Below are positions 13,000 to 28,700 of a DNA stretch of 64,000 nucleotides, piece after piece. Each line of letters starts with the position of its first letter. Position 1 is the first letter of the stretch. Location of the stretch: NCBI GenBank assembly GCA_021613535.1, contig CP075494.1, positions 11,718,001-11,782,000 on the forward strand. Reading direction: 5' to 3'. A program made the translations under genes and the position numbers. Below the pieces are notes generated by a model that had not been told where the DNA came from, made no database searches, and saw only the letters and a program-made list of their open reading frames with translations. The DNA is from Adineta vaga (lineage: Eukaryota > Animalia > Rotifera).

Positions 13000-14568
13000 A
13001 ACGTGGTTGTTGGCATAGCTAAAGGATCGGTTACACATTTAGAAGATTTATCAAATGAAACTATTTATTATTTTTTTCATGTTTATCAATCTTTCTTCAA
13101 CCTCAACATACGATTTCAAGATCAAATCTTGAATATTATTATAATGGTATTGTTATTCCTTGTTCACATCGAATTATTTCATTTAATATAACAAATGATC
13201 CTAATCCTGCTCCTAATATTCCTCCATATAATATTTTTCAAGAAATTTCTTCCTTATCAAATCTCTCTACATTAATTGTTATTCTTTGTGATGTACAGAT
13301 GTATCAACGAAATCATTTTCTTGAAATATTTCGTCTACCTTTCTTAAAATGAACTTATCTGAAAGTTATAAAATACCGTTTGTTACAACTGAATTCAGTT
13401 CAATTGAACAACTTGTTATAGAAAATCCAATTCATTTTGAATCTTTACTTAATATATTATCATATGTCGCAAAACTTCGTCGTTTATCACTCAATAATGT
13501 TGATAATATGATTCCAATTACAAAATTAGATAATCCCATTTTATTGAATCATCTTACACATTTATTTATCAATTTAAATGGTGTTAATTTCAATGCTTTT
13601 GAAATATTAACTAAACGATATTTTTGTTCAATTCAAGTATTACATATTACAATAGAAAATGGTGATGAGTTTATAAATGCTAATCGACAGGAACAATTTA
13701 TATTATCTTCTATGCCATTTTTACGTATTTTTGATATTTATATTAATGGATTGAGTTATCAATCATATGCATCACGTTGTCAAGAATTTAATTGGTCATT
13801 TTGGCTTGAACGACAATGGTTTTTTGCTAAGTATATTTTAAAAAGATTCAATCAAAAAATATCTTTTTCTCACATTTCTTTTCATAGTTCATTTCTCTCA
13901 GAAACGCCATCATATGATTTTCTATTCAATAAATCCGTCTAGGTAATGTTGATACTTATTTTGATAACAGAAAATATTCATTTATTTGTTTCTTAAAGAC
14001 GAAAAGAATATAAAATTTTATGGCAAATGGATAAATTTACTTATTTAGATGATCAGAAAAACAGTTTCAATTCGGTTCGTCATCTTCATATTTCAAGTAC
14101 AAAATCAATTGAGAATTGGATTCATCATTTTCCTAATGCTACTAATCTTACTCTTCAAAATATTTTTTGTAATAACTCAGATCAGATTTTCACTACTCTC
14201 AAATTATTATCATTAACACCAAATATTACTACATTCAAAAATTGACGAAATTGAAAATAGTGAAAGTTTTCAAACAGTATCAAAGACAAATATGATCAGA
14301 AATGTCGAACTTCAACAAATAAATCAATTAGAAAAAGTTCAATTATTATTTAATTTATGTTCTCGATTACAATGTTGTGAAATTGTTAAATATACAAATT
14401 GTACGATTATTAACAGCAAAAAACAATGATATTGCTCCAAATCTAATATCATTGTACATTATGATTTATGATCGAAGTTATTTGTATAGATTAAATATCA
14501 TGGTTCGAACAAAAAAATTACTGAATGACTGGCTTGTAAACACTGACGAGAATCTACTCTATCTATAG
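13000..14568 (+). pseudogene. F-box/LRR-type gene, decayed
   Basis: F-box-like start HLEDLSNETIY and Leu-rich repeats (LRRLSL, LTHLFI, LRIFDI, FWLERQWFF), split across frames by stops and frameshifts. Confidence 0.65.
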
Positions 14569-15802
14569 CGATAGTATGTTGAGGTTGAAAATCATGAATC
14601 AATCGACTTCATTATTTTGAATTTTTGACAAAAAAAATCATAGACATAAAAGTTTCACCACCCCTCATATGATCAAAACTTTAAAAAAAGAATACTTTCC
14701 GACTTAAAATCTTTATGAGCAATAAATGGACGTTTACATTGATTTTCATTTCGAAAGCCTTCATAAAGAGGATCGAGATCTTCACTAATTTGTTTTATTA
14801 TTTTTCAAAATCTTTTTCATTTAAAATAAAATTCTCAATTAGGTAAGTTTTTAATAAACCACAAGATAGATATTTACATGGAAGTGAAAATAACTGAGGG
14901 TGAGGGTACTCTCATCTCATATCCAAACCCACACCCTCAGGATTCCCCAAAATCTTCCAAAACATTAAATGAAATTCAGATTTCTACTATAGATTACAAC
15001 TAGTTTGAAAACTGCGGACTTATAATCATATGAGAGTCTGAATAATAACCACATAAATAGTATGAACTATTTAAACTTTCGCTTTTTAGAATATTTAATA
15101 TTACTGCTACTGTATTTACCGAACTAACAGTCAGTGCAATCAAAAATAAGTAAAATAATAATAAAAATACATAAAAAAACGAAGATGTATGACAAGCGAA
15201 TAGCAACAAAGTACTTTAAGAAAGAGAGTGCCAGTCAAAACAAATAAGAGAAAAAAATATTTATCCGAAATACAGAAATAAATAAGACAAACGATTTACT
15301 GACAACTTATCAATAATTGAAGACCAATTATCAACTATTAGACTTTTGTCGCTTAAATCATTTTATGTAAGAATAATATATTTGAAGACGGTGTATGAGT
15401 TTTACATTTTATTTTCAACGGAGCTGTACTGATAAGCTTCTTCTTATCTTTCAAAGGCATAAAATGATTCACTCTTCTTCACAACATAGATTGTGAAAGA
15501 ATACTTGCCGTTGTTGATTTAACTATTACTCATTGATATGGTGCATCGTCATTTTTTCCCATCACTGCATGCATAATATATGTATGTACGTATAAAGATT
15601 AGAGCTTCATGTAGAATAAGAAGACAAATTTTATATTCATCTTATCCCCTATGCAAATGTTTTTCTTGTGCTTCGATCTCAGATGACGCTCTGGAAAGAA
15701 AAATATCCATGTACCTTTATTCTTTCTTTCTTTCAGTCGATACACGATGCATTTCGTGGAAAGATTACATTTTTGTCTAAAACTTCTATATAATATATAA
15801 TC

Positions 15803-16462
15803 TAGTGTCCTGCGGGAACGAAATTTTTCCCTAAATTTCCCATTCCCATGGGAATGGGAACAAAACTAAAAATCAGTGTTCCCTAAATCTTGCCTATCTT
15901 GTTTCAACACATATTCTATGAAAAAATTATAAAACGTTACTGATTTAACGAGAAAAGGATGTCACCTATTTGATCATAGAAAAGCGTTAAAAATACGTTT
16001 TTTTAACGAAGTTTCATGAATTATGTTACGTTAATTTCGTTTACACAAGTAAACACACATAATAACTCATTAAAAGACGCATTTTGATGCGTTCTCACGA
16101 TCAAAAAGGTAACATTTTTTTCGTTTGTTCGTTAAGATTTTTTGAAATATTTAGATATGTAAATATTTCTATCTAATAACTGTTCATTTTTGATAAATTG
16201 TGAGCGTGGATGTGCGCGCTGGTATGAGGACAGTAGTCAATATACATCTACTATTTGCATATACCCACACCTACATTCTCAAGCATCCTACTTAATGAAA
16301 CGTCATGTTATGCGAGAACGTGATGCTGCTAGGATATGGTACACATATTTTGGTGATATTTTCTCAGAGATAAAATTGCGATATCAATGACTTTGGGAAC
16401 TATGGGAATAGGAATGGAAAAAACGGGAATGGGAACAAAAAAGTTGTTCCCGCAGGACACTA
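15803..16462. mobile_element. hAT-type MITE
   Basis: TIR tagtgtcctgcgggaac / gttcccgcaggacacta. 8-bp flanks atataatc / atataaag. Subterminal GGGAAT repeats. Confidence 0.8.
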
Positions 16463-16522
16463 ATATAAAGTTTCTGTTATAGATACAGATATGCACGTTA
16501 GTTTAACAAAAACAAAATATCG

Positions 16523-19500
16523 ATGCAGACCCACGCAGAAGCAAACACTTTATATACTCCTTTACATCGAAGGTAAGTTTGATATGAAAGAATAGAGATA
16601 ATGTTGATAACATCTCGATATAAGAGTGAAATTTCGAACGGATTTATAACATCTATTATTATTTCAGACAATCATATCGATTCCTTGGTATAATTATTAT
16701 TCTATTATTGAGTTTCCTTATCGCAATACTCGTTCTATATGGCATCGAAATAAACAAAACAAAATATCGATGTATAGGAACAACAGGTGCGTATATGTGA
16801 ATTCTATGTAAGTTTGATTGAATAATATTTTTAGTAGAAAATACTAGCGACTTGTGTTTAACTCCATATTGCATCAAAGCAGGTTAGTGAGTTTTATCAT
16901 ATTCATAAAAACTATTTTCTATTTTAAGCAAATTATCTGGCCAAAAGTATTGATGAAACAATCGATCCATGTGAAAACTTCTATGAATTCTCCTGTGGCA
17001 AATGGATTAAAAATGCCAGAGTATCATCGAAAAGTGAGTAAAAGAAGAATTTAAAAACAAATTCTATACTTTATCATTTACAGGTAATAAAAAGAGTCCA
17101 CTAATACAAATAGAAAAAAATTTAGAACATACACTTGCCGGTACGGTAGATTACTCTTGTGTTTTATATGTTCTTTCTCGTTTTTCGAAGATTTGTTATC
17201 ATCGTCACCATTAGATGGAACAAAGGAGTCCAAAGCACTTACTAGTGCTCGTCGTTTATATAGTTCTTGTATAGACGAAGATTCTATCGAAATGGAAGAT
17301 GTCGATGTGATAATGCCAATGGTCAATAAAGAGCTTGGAGGATGGCCTGTCTTGCAAGACTCAGCCTGGGATGAATCAACGTTTGATTTTAATCGATTGA
17401 TGCTCAAATTAAGTCAATACAATAACTACATGTTTTATACTGTAAACACAGATGCTGATGAGAAGAATTCATCGGTTCGAAGTATTTATGTAAGACTCGA
17501 TAGTTTAAATCATTGCTAATAAGTATTCCACGTTTAGATTAGACCCTCTAAACTGGTTCTAGACAATCTTATGCTCTATTCCAACGGAACGAAAAGAGAG
17601 GATGCTTACAGCCAGTTCTTTGAAGATTTTACTCTGGCATTGACCAATGATTCATCGACAATCTCTAATGATCTTACTACTTTATTAGATTTCGAAATGG
17701 ATCTTTTCGAAGTAAATTTCTTTTTTCGAGCAGACTTCCTGTTTCACTTCTTTTACTTAGTACTTCGTATTGATAGACGAACTAGATATTCTTGAAACTG
17801 TTCGCACAACACTCGGTAATCTTTCACATACAATCAGAGTAAGTGTCAACTTTCTCCTCTTCTTTCTTCATTTTTTTATTCAGTTCGATTCTTCTAACTA
17901 TATTCGTCGTTTGTATCTGTTGGCTAATGTCACTGTGACCGATGCCGACATTATAATTGTGACTGCACCCAAACTTTTGCGTGGTATTTCATCAATTATT
18001 GATCGGCAATCACCACGTACCATGCAAAACTATATGATATGGCGTTTTATGATGTATCAAGCCAGGCATATGCCAAAACGATTTCGAAATATTCTACAAC
18101 AATTTACTCATGTGTTTTATGGCACAAGTATTGAAAAGCCACGTACAATCACATGTGCTAAGTATGTCAATAAAATGATGAGCTTGCCGGTTTCAAAACT
18201 CTACATTGACGAACATTTCCATAAAGATACTCGAAAAGAAGTAATGAAAAAATAACTCGTTAACAGAAAATGTTTGTCGATCATGATTTTGATAGACCAC
18301 TGAAATGATCAACAATATTCGAAATACCTTCATCACGATGGTCAATCGATCGACATGGATGGATTCGAAATCGAAAAGTATAGCGATTAAAAAAGTAAGT
18401 TACTCATTTGATCAATTTTATATTGAAAATAAAACTATTTTTTTATAGACTCGAGCTATTACAGTAAAACTTGGTTATCCTGATTATTTAGAGAGTGATG
18501 ATACGACAAAAATTGATAAAGTCTATGCTGAGGTACGACATAGAATGAAAATCTATTATTCTTCTTTTTATTTCAAATCTAGTATAATTTCAATTTATCT
18601 TATATGTCGAATGTTTTGAGTGCCATGCAACTACATTCGAAAGCAAGTCTTCAAATGCTTCGCTATCCTATCGATACTAAAGAATGGAGTAGCATCTTGC
18701 CCACAAACGTCAATGCCATGCATAGATTCTTAGGGAACGAGATCTGTATGAAAGAATCTGTAACAATAAATATATGATATCGCCGTTTTGTTTTTAGTGT
18801 TTCCAGCTGCCATACTTCAAACACCTGTATTCGACAAAGATGCACCTAAGTAAAACATCATTTTCTCATATTATAACAACTTTCATATCTTTGATAGGTA
18901 TCTCAACTATGGCGGTAAGGAGAGATTCACCGAGAAGAAAGAAACAGAAAAATGATATTAAATTTAGGTCTTGGCATTTTTATGGGACATGAGATTGCAC
19001 ATGGATTTGGTGATGAAGGAAAAGAATATGATATGAATGGAAATAAAGTTTTATGGTGGACTAAGGCGACTGTCGACGCATTTGACATACGTAAGAAATG
19101 TATCATCAAACAATACGACAACTACACTTTGACTCAAGTCAATCGTACGGTATTTCTTTCTTTTGTTTTTGGTTTATTCAAACATAAAATCTTTTTCTTT
19201 TAGGTAAATGGACAAAAAACACAAGATGAAAACATCGCCGACGATGCAGCACTCAAACAGGCTTTCTTCGTAAGTTTTATCATTCACTGACTTAAGATTT
19301 AAACCTAAAGATATGATTAAGGCGTATCAGCAATGGAGTAATACTCATAAAAATGTTGACAAGAAACTTCCTGGTTTAACCAAATATTCAACAGAACAAA
19401 TGTTCTTTCTCAATTTTGGTCATACATGGTGTACGAAAATGACAGATGTAGCTGCGCGCTCTGATCTGTTACGGGATACACATTCCCCTGCACAATTCAG

Positions 19501-19655
19501 GTAGAGTTATTTGTATACGTCAGCCTGCTTTATCATAAATGATTTATGTTTCTAGAATAAATGGTCCTACCTCGAATTTTGTTGAGTTCGATCGAGTATT
19601 TGGCTGCAAAGCAGGTCAAGGCAATAGTCGAGTGAAGAAGTGCAACATATGGTAG
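16523..19655 (+). CDS. Neprilysin/ECE-like M13 metallopeptidase, type II membrane, multi-exon
   Basis: N-terminal [27 protein letters not shown] zinc motif, ENIAD, DTHSP..FR and C-terminal CNIW*. Confidence 0.9.
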
Positions 19656-22600
19656 TGACTTTGTAGTACTGTCCCAATCAATTACATCAAAGATGAAATT
19701 GATGAACATATATACACTTGTACAAAGCGTTTTTTCTCTCATAGAGAGAAATTTTTTTATTTTATTTTTTGTTTTATAATATGTGAGTGTTGATTATAAA
19801 TTAACATAAAATCTGCACCCACATTAAATAAAAACATGAGCAACTTATATTTGTGCAGAGTATGATGTTTCTCTTTGTATATCTGTTTGTTTCAAAGATA
19901 ATCACACAAAAATGTATTATTAACTAGAATTTCTTTTAAATACGAAACACAAATCCAATATGATAAAAATTATATAAAAACAACCGGAACTGAAAGAATT
20001 AACATAAAATTCAGATCAACTGATATATCAGTTGATTTCGATAGTCTGTTTTTAGAGTGTGGATGCGGGTATCGGTGAAATAAGAAAGAAACACCCTCAC
20101 ACCCTCAAGATGTTTCTTTGTTCCAGAAATCCACCCAATTGTGGGTTTTTCGATACTTGCTTGTGGATTGATCTAAGATTTTATCAAGTTACATATTGAA
20201 TCAGTCAAAACTCTACAATGGCTTATGTAAACGACACTATTTAATTAGAGTGTCTAGTACGATCGATAAGTAAAATGGAAAAACTACGAAGGCAAATGAG
20301 AAAGATGATAGGAAAACAACTTTCGTATAATGGAGAAATAGGATTGTATAGAACAGCAGCTAGTAGCATTAGGAAACTAGCATCATTAATACTGATTGAA
20401 AACATTTCAGGCTGATTAACGCTAGTTCGATCAGGTCATCATAATAGATTATGTCGCTATTGTTTGATTATTGAATTGTTCCTTCGATTATGATCAGAGC
20501 CATATGAAAAAAAGATTTGGTATATGGGTTTGAGAGAGCCGGTATTGGTTAATAGAATATCATTTAGGAGTAGATATAGGTAAAAAACCACACAGTTCTA
20601 GCGGTGTCAAGAAGTTTTTAAGGGCTATATTATGGAGGTACTAGATTAGAAGGAATTCAGTCAAGGGCTAAGCGAGTCTGCCTCGACGAGCGTTATTCAT
20701 TGAAGAAGTGTAAGTATTTGAAATGATTTTCTGAGATGAGTCGCAGTTTGTTTCTAAGGTAGTATGCTCTAGTTTGTATCATAAAAGAAACCTAAAATAT
20801 TGCTTGTTCTATAGTGAACTTCCTCTGCTGAGTGGCGCATATGTACGTACGATATCTTACCACTCGATTCGACGTTTTCCGGATTTGTTCGTTCGGAATA
20901 CGTTTCAGCTCTGACCTCACTAATTTCAAGCAGAACTTGATGTACTCTATCGATTTGAATTATAAAAGTTTCAGTACACCCTCACCCTCATCCACACCCT
21001 CAAGATGATACAGCGGTTTAAGGCTAAAACTAATATAGTGACTAACCACTAAGACCGCTATACCACTTACGCTGTTGAAACCGCCGTCTTTATAATATCT
21101 AGGCGTCAATACATGGTTCATTGCTGAAACTGCTTGATGTAATAGATAATTCAGTATTTATTTCGAGGTTAATGTTCATCTTAAGATTTGTTTTTATCGA
21201 CTTTGGTGAGAAAAGATTGACGTTTATTTGAATTTGCCACAAAATCGAATTCCTCATTACCTCTGTTTGCGGTCGTAACTCGTCGAGATGTGGGTGTTTG
21301 TGCCGTTTGCATAAATTTGTAATACTCAAAAAAATTCCGTATATCGATATAAATATGTATCCTAACAAAGAATTTTTTTTGGAATATTCGCAAGATTTGT
21401 CGCATAAACATTGTCGGAGTTTTAATTTTGCAAAAAAAAAGTTTCAATCTCGAAAAATCTACCTCATTTGTGTCTCATATCATACAGAGTATGGTCTATT
21501 ATAGATTACACAACGAAAGAAAGAAAAGAAAGTCTTGAAGAAAAAGGTGAAGAACGAGCAGATACACCGATAATATCTTCAACTCTGTGCGCGTTGGTAT
21601 AAATGCTTTCATGTATATTAAATTTGAAGTTATAATAAAGATTCTGAAAATAAGTATCGATGATGTAAATGGACAAAATTAAGCAGTAAGGTATAATCAT
21701 AAGTTTTCTGATGCTCGTTTACATCCAAATACTGACGAAATAATCAAACAAGGTGTTAAAAAAACGGGTAATAATATAGGACTAATAAGCAATTGCTTAT
21801 GTTCATGAAAACGTTGGTTGTTTTGTGTTGTTGATCGTTGCCGGTAACTTCAAAAATAATAAATAAAACTGAAAATAAATTAGTCAAAAATGGAAAAATA
21901 AAATAAAAAATAAAATAACAAGTAACGCGGCAAAATTGCCACTGACTCTCAAGTAAGAAAAGTTAGCACCATATTCGAGTACTTTTTGTCCAGATTCGCT
22001 TTATGACTTTTGTTGACTCTAAAAATGCTTGTGCTAGATTCAAAATTCAACGCTCTATCGAATAGTGGTACTTTCGAGGGGGGCTACCGGGAGCAAAAAA
22101 TCGATGCATCCACGCATCCTCATGCTCACACCCCTCAAGATTCAGCGACCAAATAATGAGGATCAAAACTTGTGTTATTAGATATTAACTTTAACTTTGA
22201 TTTCTAGATGTAGCGGAGTCAGACAATCTTTCCTATTCCAGTGAAATATTAAGTCTACTTGTACAAAAATTTAAGAACTTCGCTTGCTGGTTGGCTTCAA
22301 ACCTTGATTCTCTCAAAAATATCGATTTTCCTCAAGGTTTCCGATACTGAGAACTAAGTGAGTTGTTCTCAAATCACGAGATAAAAAATCGGTAATTGTT
22401 TTACTGCGATGCAAAATCATGTGTTTTCTATTTAAATGTTTTTCAAGTTGACAAGAAATGATGCACAAATAATGATGAGGAAATGAATCTATAAAAATTC
22501 AGTTTACTTCCGACTTTGTTGGCATTAAACTGAAATTATATATGAATTTCATATTGTTCAATTCATTTGTTTTCATGTAGATACGAGAGATATAATCAAA

Positions 22601-22779
22601 GATTGATTTTTGCACTGAAATAAAATAATAATTAAAGGAAGAAAATAAAATTTTATTATTCTTTCTAGTGGAACTTTTTTGATTAGTTTTCTTATTTGTT
22701 GAATATATATAAAGTTCTTTTAAACATTGTAGCAGTTAATGATATTTTAAAAAGAAAATTTGTTTTCTTAGCATATTAT

Positions 22780-25700
22780 ATGATGATTCTCAAAACTCTA
22801 TTTCATTGGCTTTATAAAAAGATCTATACTTACAATGTTTTTATACCAGAAGAAAACGATTATGATGATGAAATACAAGATCCGACAATTGTTCTTCGTC
22901 ATCAAAGATACGCAAGTCGATTGTATATTGTACTACTTGCAGGTAGGTAAACAAAAAGTCGTTTTTCATCTCAAAGAATTCCTGACAAAATAAATATCGA
23001 TTTTGAATAAATGTGAAAACTAGACAAGAGTTCAACACTATTACCATATCTTTTCAATTTTTCATTCCTTTTCTTTTTAGTGTTTTTCTATATTCTTTTC
23101 TCTACTATTTTAATGAATCCACAATCTCGAACAAGCATTGTTTCTTCTGTTAATCTTGAAGTTTATAATCAATTGTATTTTGAACATAATGAAACTCTTT
23201 CATGTCCATGTTCACAAATGACAATCATTTATCGAGATTTTGTCTCAAGTTCTATCCAATTGCATCCAGTTTGCAAAAGCACATTTGTTACTCAACCTTG
23301 GATCAATGCACTTTATTTTCCTAATGCGAGTATATATGGAGTGGCAGACTTTCGAACAACAGCTAATGCTCAGGTATAGATTGTTAGAGAATATGTTTCT
23401 CTATCCTTGTGGGATATAACAAAGTATAAAAGAACTAAACATATTTTCATTAAAAAAATCTGTACTTGATATTGACTAAAGGAAGGGTCATACAGAAGAA
23501 TGAAAGATTTCAACGTACATTTCAAATAATAAGAGAACAAAATCAATAACTGCAATGACTAGAAGCTACAAAATACTCTTCCCCAATAGTTGATGGAATA
23601 TGTGAGGGAAAATATCGTGCTGTCAGTCGTAGTGAACTTCGTATTTGATTAACATACTTCTCGATATTCTTTCAAATTACTTCAAGTTAAAAAGTGGTCA
23701 AACAAAGATTAATATTTTTCTTTAGTTTATATAAAACATATTCGCATTATCTTTATCATTTCATTGTACTGCAAGTCAATTATCAAGATGATTAAAAAGA
23801 AATTTGTGTACCCGGGCTCTTCTACTTCTTCGTTATCTTTTGATTTGATCACCTAAAAACTGAGTACACTACTAAAATCGGTCAGTATGTTCGTCCAGCC
23901 GGCCGTTTATTTGATAATTCACCAAAAACACAGGCAATTGCGCCCTAGTTTTTTTCCACAGAACTGTCTCATCAATATCTCGATCGAGTGCGAAGATGAC
24001 AAGGATCGTTAAAGATATGACTGAGTTATTCTAAAAATATTAAAAAGTCATCAGTCAACCCCTGAGGGGGAGTATAGGGATCTTTGCAAAAAAACATTTC
24101 ACATAAAATTGTTTGCAAGATATATAATTAATATAATAAGAGAAGTCAGTTTGGTGCAGGTACTATAGGTCCTAAAGTTCTATACTACGGAAATGGATTG
24201 AGTAAACGTCTGTATCAATGTACTTCTTAGGCTTTGTGAATGTCGTCGTTTCGTCCCATACGAAGTTGCGACCAGTTAGTTCCAAAGATTCTATTTTCCC
24301 TTTTGGGTGAAAACTTATTCATTGTTTAACTAGTAGGGTTCAGTTGAACATAGTGAAGGTATCGATAACGTTTTATGGACAAGAGATGTGAAACTTCTAA
24401 CTTTTTCTGATACATTGGAAACGTGAACGAAGTAGTCAAAGAAATAAAACGTCCGTCCATTCGTTTGTTTACAAGATAATTTCTGGAAGACTACTCCGAT
24501 TGTGATGAAGTTTCCTGGAGAATATTTTCATATAAAGATCTCGTCCGAGTTCCACGACGAGTCTGATTGGAGGAGCCATTCTATTGAGTCATTAAAAATA
24601 CTGAATATTCGATTAAAAATATCTCGATCATATAAAAAACAGTCTTGAATTATGATTAGTTGGTTTCCTTATCTATCCTTACCAATTTTGATACTATATA
24701 TTGTAACATCTTGAAATTTATGAGGAACTAATATTTCTCATGTTATTATTTAGTTTCTTTTTATTTAGTTTCGACTTTTGGCTAATTTTTGTTTATTTTC
24801 TGAAGATATAATATCTCAATATCAATTTGATCTTGATAATAATGAATTGATCAGCAGTTATCTTTTACATGAATCACAACTTCAATCAGAAGTATATGCT
24901 ACCATCGATTTACTCAAAAATATTCTTACTAATCAAATTCAAATATTTCTCAATTATCTTAGAATGGCCATACAAACAAATTATCTCATTCCAGCGTTCA
25001 ATACAAATTATTTGCTTACAGCGGAAATATATTCTACCACTATTTATGTAACTGTAGGACAGATAGGATATTTGTCATCACGTACAGAAGGAAATGATAC
25101 GTCTTCGTTTATTTCATGCAGTAATGAAAATGCAATTAGTCCAATGAGTTTTCTCTCAATATCGTCTAATGATAGTTATTTTAGTCATATGTATTGGATC
25201 GATACTCAACTTCAGTCTTCAATTGTAAATGGATTTTTTGCTGCATGTACTCCTTTCGAAGGTGTTCTTCAAAGTACACTCGATTGTTTATATCTTATTG
25301 ATTGTCTTCAATTATTATTTGATTATTTTCCGCTGTTAAAACAAGTATGAACGATATTTTTCTATATTGAATTTCTTTCATAATCATTCTATTTAGCTAA
25401 ATATTAGTTTGAACAACTCTGTTCTGCAATCAGAGAAATCCAATATATCTGTAAATAATCTTTTGTCCAGTTCATTTATTCATAATGAAACAACTAAGAT
25501 CAATTATATGAACTATTTTGAACAATGTTCTCCATCCTATTGCACTTATTCGACAATAGATAGAATAAATTTCTCTTACACAATCACTCTTTTCATTAGT
25601 CTTTATGGTGGACTTACTATTATATTTCGTTTAATTGCATCTTTTCTATCAACGATTCTATTGAAACTAAAACATCATTTGAAAAACACAAATATTAATC

Positions 25701-28700
25701 AATGCAGTAATTTAAAATAATTGTAATTATAAACAAATATTCTCTTTCATTTTTAGTATTTCCAAATATGAGACATATTTTTCAATTTATTCAATGGATA
25801 AAACGTGTAAATTTATTCAAAAAAATTAATGATCGTTCAGTAAAAAGTATTCAACAACAAAGAATTATTACACGTGTATATTTGTTGTTATTTACAGGTA
25901 TTGTTAATTTATTTAGAAATATTCGAAGAATTCATAAGACTGCTGGCAGATATATCACTTCATTTAAGCACTTGTTTAGAAAAGTGTTGAAAAAGTGCAA
26001 ACCGTGATTTCACATTGCTTTCGAAACGGTTCGAGCGACATAAGTATTCATGACATCACTGAGACGAACTTTTGTTATTAGATTTATTAGAAGGATAAAA
26101 CAAATCTCACATCAAAGAAAACTTTCAACACGGCTTTCATCGTAATAAAATGCGTGTTGTAAGGTAGAATCCATAAGAATCTTTTATCTCATAGCGACTT
26201 TATAAAATCCAGTAAAGAATGACACATTGTGGTTGGATTTATTATCGATAGGAAACAGATAAATGATTTCTATTACCTGTTTTTTTTGGCAACAAAATAT
26301 ATGATAAGTAGAGAAGATTGAATGATCAGTATTTCAGTGATCAGTAACAAAAACCAAAATGATCAGTTAATCGTCTATAATTACCAGTAGATCAAAAACA
26401 TTTACTACCATCCTTTTTTAAGTTGTTGGTAGTTTGGCAGGATGCAGAGATGTGCACCTCCCGGGACAGGCAACTCCAAATGCACTTCAACTCCATACCG
26501 GATGAAAAAATCAATCCCAATTCCAGGTAAAACAGTGTCAACTCCGGAGTTAACTCCAGTTCCGAACTTGCAGTTGTCCATCTTGAGTAGAATGCGATAG
26601 ATGAGTGTGAACATTGGTCCAGACTATGCAGTGATCCATACCAACTTCCATAACCCCACTCAACTAAAAAAAGGATAGTAGTAAATACTTTTGATCTACT
26701 GGTAATTATATACGATTAACTGATCATTTTGTTTTTTGTTACTGATCATTGTATGTTTTTTACTGATCACTGAAATACTGATCATTCATGTATAACTTTA
26801 CTGATCATTCAATCTTTTCCACTGATCAATCAAATCCATGCCTTTTTTTTTGATTACCAGGTTCAATGATCATATTTCTTTTCTTGAATATATTTATTAC
26901 TCAAATGACAATCATTAATATTCCAAATCCTTCATTAAATACTTACAAACACTTAGAAAACATGTATTCGTCTACACTTCGATGTCCTTGCACACGCACA
27001 AATATCTTATATCAAACATTTATCACTTTAACTCCAGTTTTTCATCAAGTATGTTCAAGTGATTTTATTACAGATGAATGGCTTGAAATATTAAGAAAAG
27101 GTTATGCTGCTGAATCGGATATTGATTGGCGTAATCAAGCTTTATCACAATTTCGGTTATTATCCAGTTTTTGTCAATTCTCTAATCAAACGATGTATGA
27201 TGCTCGTCGTCGTTTTCTTGTCGAATCATTTGTTACTTCGAATGCCTTAACTGAAAACGATTTCAAAACACAAATAAATGTAATTCTCGACGAATTTTCC
27301 CGATCAACAACTGTTTATTTTGATCTTCTTGTTAAAACAACACGTCTTTGGATGCAAGTCGATCAACCATATATGGGATTAATTCATCAGGGCAGTGCAC
27401 TGCCTGAATCGGACTTATTTTTAACAGCATCAATAAATAATGAAACAGATGATATGAAAACTATTCAGGTATGTTTTGTGAGAATTTGTTTATTTCACGA
27501 TTCTTCGTTGTTCTGTTTAGATCAAATTTACGATGTCTGGAACTCGTGATATTAACACAACAAATATTAATTGTATTTGTGCAACTAATCCTCATTGTCG
27601 AAGTCCAGCAACTATTTTTGATTCTGGTTTAAGTTATAATGACACAAGCATTGTTCGTCCGGGTTATGTCGTACCAGGTTTTAGTACAGGATGTTCATCT
27701 CTTGAATCTCTCCGACTTTCAACGCTCGAATGTTTATATTCTACATCACACTGTTTTTCAATTTTAACCGAATATATTCGTATACCAGGTATCAACTATA
27801 ATGAAAATCCATTCTGGTCTCATTTTCGTCTTCTTATTTACAATTCACAATTGAGTCAATTTCCTCCAGATATTTCAATATCATTTATAATTAGTAAACT
27901 TATGACTGAACGATGGGATTCGACTATTTCTTATGAACAATTTTATCAATCATGCGCACCTAATCATTGTTCTTATTCTGATAGGATTCACACAAAAACA
28001 GGATTTGAAATCATTATCACTCTAATATCCATGATTAGTGGTGTTCGTATTCTATTTCGATTGTTAATACCTATTCTCATCAAGTTTATAATAAGATTAT
28101 TCACAAAGAATAGACAACGACAACAAGGTAATTTTTTGAAAATCAAAAGAGTCTTTTCACCTTGCTTTTTTCGATGTTTATAGTTCGAATGAAACTTTAT
28201 GATCGATTGAAATTGATCGTACAAAAGTTGAAGAAATTAATGTCAACTATCGTAATCAATTTGAACTTTTTTCCATCCAGACATTTTGGAAACAATGTAA
28301 ATCAAGCAACAGCTAAACGTCTTAGTCAATGGACTACTCGTCTCTATATATTTCTATTGATTATTATTGTTATAATTCTTGCTCTATATTCTATTGCTCA
28401 ACCACAAGTAATGACGAAAATTTTTAATAAACCATCTTTGAATATCTACAATCATCTCAAACAAGAATATAAAGATACATTAAAATGTTCGTGTACATCA
28501 ATTGCATCAACATATAATCAATTTGTAAATATTACAGCGAAATTTCATCAAGTAAGTGTTATACATATCTATTGATTAATTAATCGAATTTTAAACTATA
28601 ATATATTATAGATCTGTACAAGTCATTTTGTTTCGGATGAATGGAGAAATAATCTAATTGTTGGACATGTTGCTAATTTATCTATTTATACAGAAAGAGA

